A stretch of DNA of 64,000 bases from Vicugna vicugna (lineage: Eukaryota): contig MU057887.1 of assembly GCA_013265495.1 (NCBI GenBank), positions 2,017,576 to 2,081,575 on the forward strand, read 5' to 3'. Position numbers and translations under genes: made by a program. Of the stretch, positions 12,350-24,600 are shown one piece after another. Each line of letters begins with the position of its first letter. The first letter of the stretch is position 1. The notes beneath the pieces are model-generated. The model was not told the DNA's origin, ran no database searches, and saw only the letters and a program-made list of their open reading frames with translations.

Positions 12350-12620
12350 ATTTTTGTTTTTACTTCTTAAAAATGAAGTGCAGTTGGTTTACAACGTTAG
12401 TTTCAGGTGTACAGCCAAGTGACTCAGTTATACGTGTCCATACACACATATTTTTTCAGACTCTTTCCCACTGTATGTTATTACATGGAATTGAATATCG
12501 TTCCCTGTGCTGTACAGTAGGTCCTTGCTGTTTATCTATTTTATATATAGTAGTGTGTATATGTGAATCCCAAACTCCTAATTTACCCCTCCCCTGCCCT
12601 GCCCCCATGGTCACCCCGCG
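12350..12620 (-). mobile_element. 5'-truncated L1 3' end (L1_Art-like)
   Basis: aatgaagtgcagttggtttacaacgttagtttcaggtgtacagccaagtgactcagtt...ccctgtgctgtacagtaggtccttgctgtttatctatttt. Confidence 0.85.
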
Positions 12621-12849
12621 TGTCTATATACAGTGAAAACCTCCAACCCCTCCCCGCCGCTCGGCTCATCCCAGAGACCCTCCTTCCCTTGTCCGCACTG
12701 CCTTCTGAACTTGCAGGTGTGTTTTAGGGCATCACCTTAAACAAGATGGAAGGTACCAGTAGTCCATGAGTCCTTTGGCAGGGGCCGGGGGGTGTTCGGT
12801 AGGAAAGGGAGCCGTTCCTGTGGGGAGCAGGCCCCCCAGGTTGGAGCTG

Positions 12850-12995
12850 GGATTACGGCAGTGTGAGCCTGGGACAACCAGTGACTGGGCTGGACTTCAG
12901 CCTCCTCACCTGTAAAACCAGGACGTGATTCTTCCAGCTGCATCCCGATCCCTCTGTGAGGGTGAGAGGTCGCTGTGGAGATGTAAAGGCTGCTG
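12850..12995 (+). mobile_element. MIR relic
   Basis: tgtgagcctgggac...cttcagcctcctcacctgtaaaaccagg...tgtgagggtgagagg...atgtaaagg. Confidence 0.55.
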
Positions 12996-14778
12996 CTGCT
13001 CCTCAGGAGACAGTCCTGCGTGAGGGCTGTGGCTCACGGCGTCGCCAGCCTGTCGGGGCCGAGGTGAGAACGAAGGGGTGCGAGCGAGGCAGCTCCGAGC
13101 CTCCGCGGTGCAGGGTAACCCTGGGGGGAGCCGCAGACACTGGGAAGAGGCTCTGCCCTTCACTCACTGGTCCTGCAGGTGTGTGCTCGGCTCCAGGCCC
13201 CGTGCTGGTCCTGAGGGCACCCCGGCACCCCGTTACAGGGGAGGAGTGTGTGCTCTGGGGGATGGTGGTGGGGAGGTTGATGGGTGGGGGGGGGTACCAG
13301 GGAGCCTTGCTTCTACAGACTCTGAAACCTGTGGGGTGCTGTGACCAGAGGCTTGCGTCTGGAGTGGTGATGGGAGGAGGGAGCAGGTTCTGAAGAACGG
13401 GACTCCCTTTCCTGCGTAGGTGGCTACATGCTTCCCTGAGCCTCAGTTTACTGACCTGCCCAGTGCTGGCCGTGTGGGGAGGTGAAGAGCCAGCAGGACC
13501 AGCCGAATCACGAGAGCCCTTCGAACACTGATGTCCTGTGTCTAACAAAGGCGCTGGCATATTCTGGTGAATGAACAAGTGATGAGTTTTAAAGTCTCAC
13601 AGCCCCGATCCTAGCCAGCCACCCGATTAGTGATGGACTCCCTAGCCCTGCTCTTTGGCAGTTCCTGACCGGTGATTCCTGCCAGCCCCGCCTCCCCTCC
13701 CCCCCAGAGGGCAGCATGGTTTCCCGCTCCACAGGGAGCGACCTGGTCCAAGGCTGATGGTCCGCCCTTCGCCCGTCCATGCCAGCAAGTGTCCCCACCG
13801 ATGTTTCTCTAGACTCACGTGTCCGAGCCTCATCTGAGCGCTTCCCGTCTTCCCATTTCACTGCCTCAGCCTAACAAGGGGTGTTGCCGTCTTCCCTCCC
13901 ACTGTGAGGACAGTGAGTCCCGCAGAGACCGGCTAATTCTCCCGGCTCAGGAGGCCACTAGCTGGCGGAGGCAGCTTGAGGGCAGGGCTGCGAGGGTGTC
14001 CGTCTCCCAGGGCTCCCGGGACGGCCCCACCTGGAGAGAGCCCGGCAGGGCTGGGCGCCTGTGCTCTCGTCTGCACCCCAGCGTTGGGAAGGAAGCTCCC
14101 GGGAGCCCGCGGTGGGCGGGCATGAGCCCTTCAGGAATGGAAAGCACTGTAAATATTAAGCCCAAGGAGCCCTTTTCCGTCACCTCCTGTTTCCCATTGT
14201 GTTGCAAATTCCCGTACCTGCTCTCGCTCTCTGGGAAAGAGAAGGCAGCCTCTTTAATAACCGTGCTATTAGCAAGTTATCAAGTATCTGCTTGCATTTG
14301 CCAGAAAGCACCTCTGTGGCTGGGGGACCGTTTCGCATCTGCCTTTCCCATCCCACTCAGCACTTCCAGCCTCACAGGCGGCACTCCCAGCGCAAAACTG
14401 TCTGCGTATCACGGTTGAGGGAAATTATTTTTTAAAGGGAGGGAAAGAGGATGCAGTTTACAGATGTCTGTGTGATGCACAAAGCAAGGGTGGGTCTTCC
14501 CGGCCCCGAGTGTGGACGGATTTAGCAGCGTCGACAGAACGCCGGAGCGGCTGTCGGATGGCTGCAACTTCATAAACGCTCTCAGTAAAACTCACGCAGG
14601 TAACTTTTGGTTGGAATTCGGAGACTTACATCCCCTCCACCCCTTCCCTCCACCACGGGGGTTCTCAACACTTTCTGGAGTGGCCGTGGGGGTGGGGAGC
14701 AGCGGCCTGGCCGTTCCGGGGCCACCGTGCTCTTGGGGCTGCCGGCTGCCACCTCCCCACCCCACCTGGCTTCCCTGG

Positions 14779-15224
14779 TGCAGGGAGCTGAATCGTGGCT
14801 CAAAAAAGCGCACGTCCACCGGAAACCTCAGGATGTGACTGTCTTTGGAACTAGGGCTTTTGAAGACATACTTAAGTAAGGCTCTTGAGATGAGGACATC
14901 ACCCGGGATTGGAGTGGCCCTAAATCCAGTCACTGTCCTTAAGAGAAGAGGAGAGGACGCAGGCACACACCAGGAGGCCCCGTGACCACGGAGGCAGAGG
15001 CTGGGTCGGGCATCTACAGCCAGCAAGCACTGAGGGCTGCTCACAGCATCGGAAGCTGGGAGAGAGGCCTGGGGTGGGCTCCCCTCACAGCCTCCAGAAG
15101 GGACCAGCTCCACCCACACCTTGATCCCGGACTTCTGGTCTCCAGACAGTGAGAGAATCATTATCTGCTATTGAAGCCAATCCGTTTGTGCTGCCTGGTT
15201 ATGGGGTCACAGGGAACCACTGTA
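14779..15224 (+). mobile_element. MaLR solo LTR (MLT1B/C-like) with 5-bp TSD
   Basis: acctcaggatgtgactgtctttggaactaggg...gccctaaatccag...ggaagctgggagagaggcctgg...caccttgatcccggacttctggtctccagacagtgagagaa; CCTGG at 14774-14778 and 15225-15229. Confidence 0.9.
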
Positions 15225-16759
15225 CCTGGTGAAGCCCAGACAGATCTTCCAGGCATGAGCTCAGATTCTCTGGGACACCTTTCCCGGCTGCCATGACGCC
15301 CGGCAGCGGTCCCCCTGCTGCGTCTCAGGTCGCCCGCCACACCCTCACTCGCTGACCACTGGCCGCCACCGCCTCTGCTCCCGACCCCGTGAGCTGCTCG
15401 GGGCAGGGCTGCCCTGGCCCACGGTGCGTCCTCGGGCCTCACTCCCGGCCCGTCACACATCGGTGCTTTTGGAGACTGACCGTGTGCTTGTTAAGCGGCG
15501 AATCTCGCTGAAGGAGGTCGTGCTCAACTGCCTCCTAAGGCCTCCTCGCCTGCGGAACGAGTCCCCGAGTCTTCTGTTCGGTGCTCAGTTTTTCCTTGTT
15601 GGATCACAAAAAGCTTGCTTTGCAATCATCTCATTAACTAACAAACATTTGTGGGGTTTCTCTTCTGAGCCAGGATCTGGGGTGGCAATGAGCGAGACAT
15701 GGCTGCCACTCCCCCACCTCCCCTGTCCCCCTGCCCTGGGGGGCCTGCTTCTCCCGATCCTCTGGGACCACCCCCTCTTTCCTCCACACATGCCACCCCC
15801 AGTGGGCTCCTAGTCACCAGATTCCTTGCCCCGCCTCCTGGAACCCGTGGTCGTCCGTCCGCTGCAGGATGGCCCATTCAGCTCCAGTCTCAGTCTGGAG
15901 GTCTTCCTGGTGGGAAAACTCCTGTCTGAAGGGGAGAAGTGAGGCCACTCAGGGCTGAGGACCCCCCGCACGAGGGCCTTGGCTGCTGCCATGTGTAAGC
16001 ACTTGTGGCTCTGCGTATGTGTCTCTCTCCCTGCGGACAGCCAGCTCACCAGGGAGGGCCTAGTAGCCCTTGCTTGGCCCTGAGCCCATGCCCCACAGGT
16101 GCTCGGCACGGGGGGCTCAGGGGTCTGGCACGCGTGGCATCTGCCACCAAGGGCTCTCGAGGCACCTGTCCATCTGCTCTCCATCCCCACGCCCGGCCAC
16201 ACCTCCCCGCCTGTCGGGCTAGGAGCACTGCAGGCCCAGCATGGGGACATCTTTCCCGACCCCTTCCCCTGAGCCCCGTCGTGCTGAGCAGCCCAGGGCC
16301 CTGGGCGTCGCTCTGGAGATGCCCTGCATCCTGTCCCTGAGCCAGGGTCCTACTCTTGTGTTCTCAGCCACGAAATCTTTCCTCTCAAGTCGAGTAGATC
16401 CTCTGCTTGTGGGAGCAAGAAAGATGTGCTGTGCATTCAACACGTTCCTCATTTTCTGTATCTTGTAAGGGTTTGACACCTTGGCGGGGGAGGGGGCCTT
16501 GCTGGCTAGGAGAGGCGCCCCTCCCCGGCTGGCTAATTCCTCCCCCGTCCCTTCCCTCAGAGACTCTGATGCGGGCTGGGCTGGGCCCCCCTCCCTCCTT
16601 CCCGTCTCCTGTCAGATCTGGTGCTTCTCCCAGTGGCCCCGCAGGGCAGCACGCCTCCCGTTTCCAGGGGACCATGAGCACCGCTGCACTTTTCATGTCG
16701 TCACTCTGCCCCCTTTACCGGTTAAGACCAGGCACAAGTCCTGCTGTTACCATTCTGGT

Positions 16760-17205
16760 TTCTTTTTTTTAATTGCAGTGTAGTTGATCTGCAACGCTGC
16801 GTCAGTTTCTGGCGGACAGCACGGTGGCTCGGCCATGCACACGCATGTGTTCTTTTTCATACTGTTTTCCACGGTAGGCGTCACAAGCTATTGGCTACAG
16901 TGCCCTGTGCGCTGCAGTAGGTCCTTGCTGTTCATTTTACATTCAGTGGTGTGTACCTGTTAATCCCAAACTCCTTTTCCCCTTTGAGCCCTTTCCCCTT
17001 TGGTAACCATGAGTATTTTTTTTTTTTGCTATGTTTGTAAATCTGTTTGTTTTGTAAATAAGTTCATTTGTCTCTTTTTGTCTAGATTCCACATGGAAGT
17101 GATACCACGTGACATTTGTCTTTCTCTTCTGACTTACTTCACTTAGTATGAGCGTCTCCAGCTCCACCCACTCTGGTGCAGACGGTCACCATTATTCTTT
17201 CCACC
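16760..17205 (-). mobile_element. 5'-truncated L1 3' end (L1_Art-like)
   Basis: ttttttaattgcagtgtagttgatctgcaac...cctttccccttggtaaccat...tagattccacatggaagtgatac...tctgacttacttcacttagtatga. Confidence 0.85.
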
Positions 17206-19129
17206 CCATGGTCTGCAGGCAGATAAAGCGGTCTGAGGGGTAGGGTGAACTTTTCCAGAAAGGTTGACCTGAGTCGAGGCAGGGAAGCCTGGCAGGAGGC
17301 ACTGAGCCCAGCACGAAGGGTCTTCAGCCCTGAGGGAAGGCCTGCTGGGCCTGGGGCTTCAAACAGCCCCCATGTGGCGCTCCGCGGCCCTTCCCGGCTG
17401 GGCCCCACCATCTCAGGAGCCTGCCCTCCCGTCCGGATGACTTCACTGTGCCCGCATCAAGACGCGCACCGGCGCTTGGACGGTCCTGGTTTTGTGGGCC
17501 GAGCCCACCGCAGACCCATGGTGGTTTTGTCTCTGGCCTCTCTGATGACATCAGTGTATCTCCATATGATAATAAGCAATCAAAATTCAATGAATAAAAC
17601 AGTGAATCCTCTTAATAAAATGCAATGACTGCATTGGCAGAACCATCCTCCAGGCACATGGGTGCTCGTTCTGAATTCCCCGGGGACTGGTGAGGAGAGC
17701 CAGAGGGGCTGCCAAGTGCCAGCTGGGCTGCAGGGCTGGCGTCCCTGCCTCGCCCGGAGGTGACCCAGATCAGTGGCTGGAGCTGGCTGCTTCCATTTTG
17801 ATGGCTTCAGCTTCCGCAGAGTAACCCCGGAAAGAAGTCTCTTAAAATGCATCTTTGAAATTCTGGCACTGTCGCCTCCAATAAAAGCCGTAGAAGGGAA
17901 ATTTCAATAAGATAACTCAAGAACATTTAATTTTCTGCTCCTTTGGATTTGCTATCTTATTACAGCCATTCAGTTAGCTAATAAATGTCCAATCCTGTCC
18001 AATCTTCAGAGCAAGCGAAGAGGCTGGGATTTAAATAATTGGATGGAATGTCTAGGGGGCAGCTTTTAGCCGAGTCTGCCAAAGAAATTGGGGGGGGTGC
18101 GATGTCTAACCCTATTGTGGGAGCCACTTCCTCTAGTCCCGGCCCATCACCCCTGCCCCACCCCGCCCCCATGGAGCTGAAGTCAGGGGCCTGAGTGGGA
18201 GGGCAGGGACAGGAGTGGAGCCCCTGGGAGTCCTGAGGTCATTCTCAGATCGGGGGGCGGTCTGGGCTGGGAGCTGGGATGGGCCAGTGAGACCAGCCAT
18301 GCCCGAAAGTCTTCCTTTACTGGTCTTGACACAGAATCCGTATCCTGCCGGGCTTGGCGGTGATGGACGCAGGCTCAGCTGCCCCCCTGGAGACAGAAGA
18401 CATGCTCAAGTCTCAATGTGAATGAACCCCGTCCCTCTGCTGGGGCCTGGGATCAGGTGCCTGCCGCCAGTCAGCTGGACCTTTGGGGTCATTGTCAGGC
18501 CTGGCCTTGACCACATCCACTTGTTCCCAACCACCCTGCTCAGAGGCCACTCCATCGAGGCAGGGTGTCAGCTGAGGTCACTTAGAGGTTCCCCAGTTAG
18601 GATGGGCCTCCCCCTCCCCACCCCTCCCTTTCCTGCCCATTCTTGAAGGCACACTCGGCCTTGGGGGAGCTGGTCTGCAGGGCTGCGCTCACCTGTCCAG
18701 GGCGCTGTGCAGGGACAGAAGCAGGTGCACTGAGCATAAGGGGAGCACCACGCCCCAGACCTCATGGTAGGTGCTTTCTGAGGCCACCCCCAGCCCTGGG
18801 GACAAGGTCCCTCCAAGGCGCTGGCAGGATCCCTGCTGTTGAGGCTCTACGCGGCGAATGTGGGACTGGTCCTGGCACGTGGCCAGTGTTGCCGATGCCG
18901 CTGAGTGCCAGGACAGCCCCATACTGAGTGGTGACTGTCCGGGGGCAAGGGACTCGAGGCTCGGGGCCCAGGGATGATGTCCCCCCAAGGCTCAGCTCTG
19001 GCCCTGGGCCGAATGGCCATGAGGACTTAGCCTGGGGCCGACGGGCCAGAACACGGGAAGGTGGAAGGTGGATTTGAACCCACACCTTCTATGTCCACAC
19101 CCCGGGCACCCGTCACCAAGTTGCATCAA

Positions 19130-19590
19130 CACAGGACACAAGATTTAGGAGTGAAACCCCATGTGGAGCCTCGGGGAGTCCCTGTGTGTTGCAGTGGGGC
19201 CGTGAGCCGGGAGGGAGGGCGCTGTGTGCGGGGCACGGGGAGCTGGCAGTGCGGGCGGGGAGGGACTTTGCAAACGTGAATAAGTTAAGGACCCTGAATG
19301 AGGCAGGAGGTGACCCGGATTATGTGGGTGGCCCAATGTCATCACAAGGGTCCTTACAGACGAGAGCTCAGAAGAGGAGAAGGCCGCAAGACACAGAGGC
19401 GGGGAGAGGGCGGGGACGCGCATGCGGGCCCTGAAGGCGGAGGAAGGGATGCAGGAGGTGCAGCTCCGAGGCTGGAAACGTTCGCCCTAGAATCTTGGGA
19501 CCTCCGTCCCCCGGAATTGGAAGAGAAGAAACGTATGTTGTGAAAGCCACTAAGCTTGTGGCCACAGCAGCCACAGGACATCCCCCTGTG
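19130..19590 (+). mobile_element. MaLR LTR (MLT1D-like)
   Basis: agggactttgcaaacgtgaataagttaagg...ggattatgtgggtggcccaatgtcatcacaagggtcctta...aagccactaagcttgtgg; 5' boundary uncertain. Confidence 0.75.
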
Positions 19591-21399
19591 TCCCAGCCCT
19601 TTGGAGCAAGCAGGGGGCCGTGTTGATTTGGGACCAGCTGTAACAGTGGATTCTGTCCCATGGGAGGGGGGCTGCGCTGGGACACACGGGTTCCATGGAG
19701 CACAGAACGTCAAGGTGAAGGGGCTGGGGGTGACGAGTGAAGGGGGTGAGGGTGGTGCGGGGGGCCAGCCCCACAGGCCGCTGGGCCACAGGAACCCGTG
19801 TGGGGCGGAGGAAGGAGCCTGCTGCTGCGAGCGCAGGAGGAGGTGGAGACGCCCAGGCAGCTGGGGCAAGAGGCGGGAGCTGAAGGTGAGTGGGGTGGGG
19901 GGGCGGGGAAGTGAGGGGGCCGTGCCGTGGGGCGGGGGACGGGGGGAGGCCCGACTCTGCGGGTGCACCTGCGCAGGTGTGTGAGCCTCACCCACCCAGG
20001 CACTTGTTTCTGAGTTGGTCCACCCCCCATCAGATGTGTGCTTCCCCCTCTGCGTACCAGTCCCTGGGCTCTGCTGGGGCATCAGGGATGAGCCCTGGAG
20101 ATCAGGGTCCTCCTCCCAAGAACTCGGGTCCCAGGTGGAGGCCGGCTTATAAGGAGGCCCCTGGGAGCAGGAATCATGTGTAGCAGGAACTGGAGAGTGA
20201 GGGTGTCTACCCCTGTCTGTGCACACACCTGTCCGTGGGCTCCTGGGAGGTGCGAGTGTGTGTGTGCACGGCCCCGTGGGTTTCGGGCGGATGTGCGTGT
20301 GACACCTGTGGTCCCAGTGGCTCATCTCTCTGGGCCGCAGTGTGGACCTGGAGCCCAGTCCTGACTGCCCGTCCACACCCTCCCCAGGACCAGGAGGCAT
20401 CCCCAGGAGTCCCCGCTGTGGAAGAGCGGCCTGAACCCACACTGCGCGCTTTGGATCAGGTTTTTCCGATAACCAATCACGTAAACAGCCCGATGCGTTC
20501 AACACAGATCGATGTCCTTCTGCCCCAGAAAGAATGCTGAATGCCCTGCCGTTAAGTCCTGCCATCTGTCTGGGCCAGGAGAGGGATGGCTTTACTTCCC
20601 CCATAACTCTCAGGAGCACAGGTCCATTGTTCACCTGGTGACACAAGCTTACCACCATTAATCACCCGGGAAGAGAGATGGGGTTGGCGGCTGGCTTGAG
20701 AAGTGGGGCTGGGAACTCGCGAAGGGTCCCCGTTCCCACGGCTGCACAGCACGCGAGGATCTAGGGGCTCCTCTGTGCCCGTGGACAGTGTCCTCGCTGC
20801 CTGGCACCTCCAGCTCGGGTGCAGCGCTCCACAAGGCTCTACTGGTCGGCTCAGCGTGACCCCGCAGAAGCCCTCTGCCAGGCTTGTCCCAGGAAAATGG
20901 ATAACCATTAATTTGCAATCGTCTAAAGTGTGGTGGAGACATTACTGCTAATTGGCAATAAGAGACACTAAATGGAGCAAAGTTTCATATTAATGAGCCG
21001 TTTATCAATACCTAACGGCCGGCGGGCTCCTTCCATCACTAGATTGGCTTTGGTTCTATCTGTGTCACGGACGTTTCCTGGTTTATCGAGCTGCCTGTTG
21101 TTCTCCGCCCTTCTCCGCTGCCCTCCCCACGGCCCCAGCTCCCCTCCCTCTCCTGGTTTTGTTTCTAAACCTCTGGTGATGGCAGCTGCCCTGAACTGAG
21201 TGTCTCCGGCTTGTTGGGCGCCGCAGTCACACATCCATCTCCGCACCGTGTGTGCTGGGTGGGGGAGTCCAGCCGGCCTGCCTTTCTCCAGACCCCGCAT
21301 GGGGCTCGGGCCGCAGAGGGGCCGCCGATCTCCCACTGGCTTCCCACAAGGCTCCGCCCAGCCTGTGCTGATTTCCAGTGGGGGCGACCTCAAAGGTCA

Positions 21400-21620
21400 C
21401 TTCAGTGTCCTGGGACTTTGATGGAACCGATTACCACCCACCAGGGGCTTAAAACAACAGACATCGATGCTCCCACAGTTCTAGAGTCAGAATCCACATT
21501 CGCAGGGGGGTTGCGGGGGGTCCCCGCTGGAGACTCCAGGGGTGGGAGGGTCCCTCCTGCCTCTTCCGGCTCCTGGCTGCTCCAGGAGGTCCTGGGCTGT
21601 GGCTTCATCGTCTGATGTAA
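21400..21620 (-). mobile_element. MaLR (MLT1) LTR fragment
   Basis: ggggcttaaaacaacagacat...ctcccacagttctagagtcagaatcc...tgcctcttccggctcctgg. Confidence 0.6.
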
Positions 21621-24600
21621 TCCCTTCATCTGGACGGGACCACGGTCCCTGCTCCGTCCAGCTGGGGCCTGACTGTGAGGCAGGAGTGAGAGAACAGAAG
21701 TGACAAACACGGTGCACCCCTGGGCGCCGCCCGTGTGCGGCGGGTGCTCAGCCGGTGCCAGCTGCCCTCCTTTGGGACAGAGGGGGTGTGGGTGGCAGTC
21801 CTGCCATCCTGGGACCAAGGACCCAGCTGGGGCCCAGGCAGGTGGGCAGAGACGACAGTCCCAAAGCAGCGGTGCGGGTAAGAGCAGCGTTGGTGCTGCT
21901 CCCCCGGCTCTCAGGATGGGCCGGCACGGAGGCCCCCAGGGCCCCCAGGGGCCTGGGAGGATGCTGGCGTCTGCTCCAGGAGCCAGCGTCCCCCTGGGGG
22001 TGCCCTGGCTCTTCTGACTTCTCCAGCTGGGAGGAACCTGGTTACTCTCTGTCTGCCCCCCAGATCCAGGCCCGCCCTGCCCTGCGCCCCAATGTGTGCA
22101 GCCACTGAAAGTTCTGGCAGGAGATGGGGCGGGAGCAGAACTCGGTGCCTCCTCCCGCCCGACTCTTGGACTGCGCTCTGGCTGAGCCCCAGAACAGCCC
22201 CTCCTTACTCCCTCCTGCAGCTCCAGCGGCCCGACCCCGGGGTGGCCGTGGCTTCCTGTAGCCGCCAGCTCTGGCTTCAGTCTCCGGGGCGGCTCCCAGA
22301 CCTGCCCTTCTTTCTGTAAGCAGTCCGCCCATCCCCCCAGTTCAGCCTCTGAGTGGAATTCTGCTTCCTGCTGGGAACCTGATCTTCCCAAAGTGGCACC
22401 ATGGTTAATTGCTGTGTTTAATTACTAAGAGGACATCATCCCCCTCTGCGGGGCTCACCGGCCCCTCCTTCCAGGCTGCCTTGGCTTCCTCTGGCTGCAG
22501 AGAGATTTCCCTGCCCACGCCTGCCCGCACCCGGTCGGCCCGGACGCCTGTGCCACTGATGGAGAGCTGCTGGGGGTGTTCAGAGGCCCCGGCCACGCAC
22601 CCCCCGCTGCATGCCGCCTGCGGGTCTGCAGCCCCTTCGCTGCAGAGCCCTCCGCCAAGCACACACACCCGTGCTACGGCCTTCTGGTCCTCCGGGGTCA
22701 ACCCGCCCCAGGGCCCCCTGGGATTGGAAACCTTTGTCCGAAAACCCCGGGACCCGGGACTGCTCTCCTGACCTCTGCTGTGGGCACAGAGGGCCCAGCA
22801 CCTTCCACCGAGTAAGCTGGTCCAAGTGTGGGTGCGAGGCTGCCGCCCCGTGGGGCCCCGCGCACGACGGGCTGCTCCGCAGGGCGGGGCACAAACGGAG
22901 GAATTAAAGCGCGCTTCCAAGTTGGAATTACCTCCCCCCAGGATGTGGACTCTGGCCCTGATCACAGTTCACCCCTATGGAATTGCCAGCCCCGGCAGGA
23001 GAGGGTCTGGCTGAGTATCCCCCTCCTTCCCAGTCACCAGCCCAGATGCCAGAGGCCTTCTCTGGGCTGAGCTGGGTTTACTGGGCAGCTCTGTCCCGTG
23101 TTCTGTTGGCCTGGGGATGGGGCAAGAGCCCTTTTCTTTTGCTTGAACTTGATAAAATGAGGACCATTTGTAAGGTGCTATTAACGTTCTGAGGGCCTCT
23201 CATGTCCCAGTTCAACCTGTCTGAGCAGATGCACTGTGGGAACGCCAAGGTCCCCATGGGAACCGTGGAAGTGGCCCCTCTTACCTGGAGCCCCAGGGGT
23301 GACTGACTGACTCCTCGAGGGTCTCCTGCCCCCTCTCCCTTTCCTGTGAGTCCCCAGAAGTTCATTCACTTGGGCAAAGGTGCCCTCATCTCTGGACTGA
23401 AGGAGATGCCCAGCCTCACTGTCAGTCCCGTGGGTCAGGGGCACGCGCCCTCGGCAAGCTCAAGGTCGTTATTCTGAGCCCCGCCTGCCAGCTCTGGTGC
23501 CGGCAGGGCGGACAGCGCCCACAGGGAGGGCTATCTTGAGTCCCGCACCTCGTGCATCTGCTCCGATCACCCGCAGCCCTCGGCACAACGTGGAAAGGTG
23601 GCTGTGAGTCAGCCGGGAGCGGTCTCCCGCTGGCTGAGTCCCGCCTGGTTCTGCCCCGTTTTCCCTCCGGCATAATCAGTCTCGTGCCTCCCTTCCAGGC
23701 AGCCCGCAACAGAGCCTCGGGAATGGAAAATCAATTTCCACAGTAAGTTAGACGGGTTTGCTTTTGTCTCCAGAAAGTCTCCCACTGGGAGGGGATTTTA
23801 TAAAAGGCCTCTGGGAAGAGTTTCACTTCTGAACGTGGGCCTCCAGCGGTGTTGGAGGGAGTGGAGCTCTGAGCGTGGATAACAGAGCGGGGGCCTCGCC
23901 TCCCCACCCACGGGGGGCTGGCAGCACAGGGGGTGCTGGGACGAACTCGCAAAGGCCTGCCCGGCCCGTGCTGTCAAGGACACTTCATGGTGTAGCCGCT
24001 CTCTGCCACTTCTGTTTAAACGTCACTTCAGAGCCAGATGGCTTCTCCTGGAAACACCAGGCCTGGCTTCCAGGACCTGGGGACAATGTTTGTCAAACAC
24101 AGCAGACCCGAGCCATCGAGGTGGGTGTCGCAGAGCCGAGCCCAGAAGCTGACTTCATTGTGGCGCTAACCAGGTTTGCAGCCATCTGGAACCCCCGTTC
24201 CTACCGCTGTGGGCATGTGGCTTGGCCTCCCTCCGCCTTCAGGGCTTAGGACAGATCACGGCACCGCGTGTTCAGAAAGCGCTCACTGGGCGGATGACGG
24301 TGGAACAGGGATCATCTCCAGTCATTCCGTGCTCCGATCTGAGGACGTGCTTCTGCGGGAAAACCAGCAGCGCCTCTGGAGCAGGGGCAGGGGCAGGCCG
24401 GGCGTGTTTCTCAGCACACGTCCCGCCCGCTGCGCGCGCTCCGTAAACACCGACGGGAAGAGCATCAATCGTGCGCTGCGTCGAGGAGCTCCCTCTGTGG
24501 GATGTAAATCCTTCGTGATGACAGAAGTCCTGAGTAAGCCCGTTTCCTTCTGATAATTCCTCAGAGCTTCTATAAACTTCTCTGCAGTGTGATCCCTCAG

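Larger units (their letters stand above)
7290..12350 (-). mobile_element. Old L1MC4/5-like host element fragmented by nested insertions (host pieces ~7290-7691, 8221-8455, 8615-8865, 12056-12350)
   Basis: ttttattttgaaacaatctcaaacttgc...ggctggtcattttgtagtatgtcc...ttggggttgtctgatg; resumes at 12056 with ...cagccctggaatcgaccatttctctgaggagccctggttcctt. Confidence 0.7.

Noticed and set aside
19354..20658. Longest ORF, 434 aa on the minus strand
   Set aside because: Pro/Ser/Gly-rich with no recognisable domain, runs into an MLT1 LTR; long open frames are expected at this GC content
21402..22391. 329-aa minus-strand ORF
   Set aside because: Low-complexity GC-driven composition, ends within an MLT1 fragment, no family resemblance
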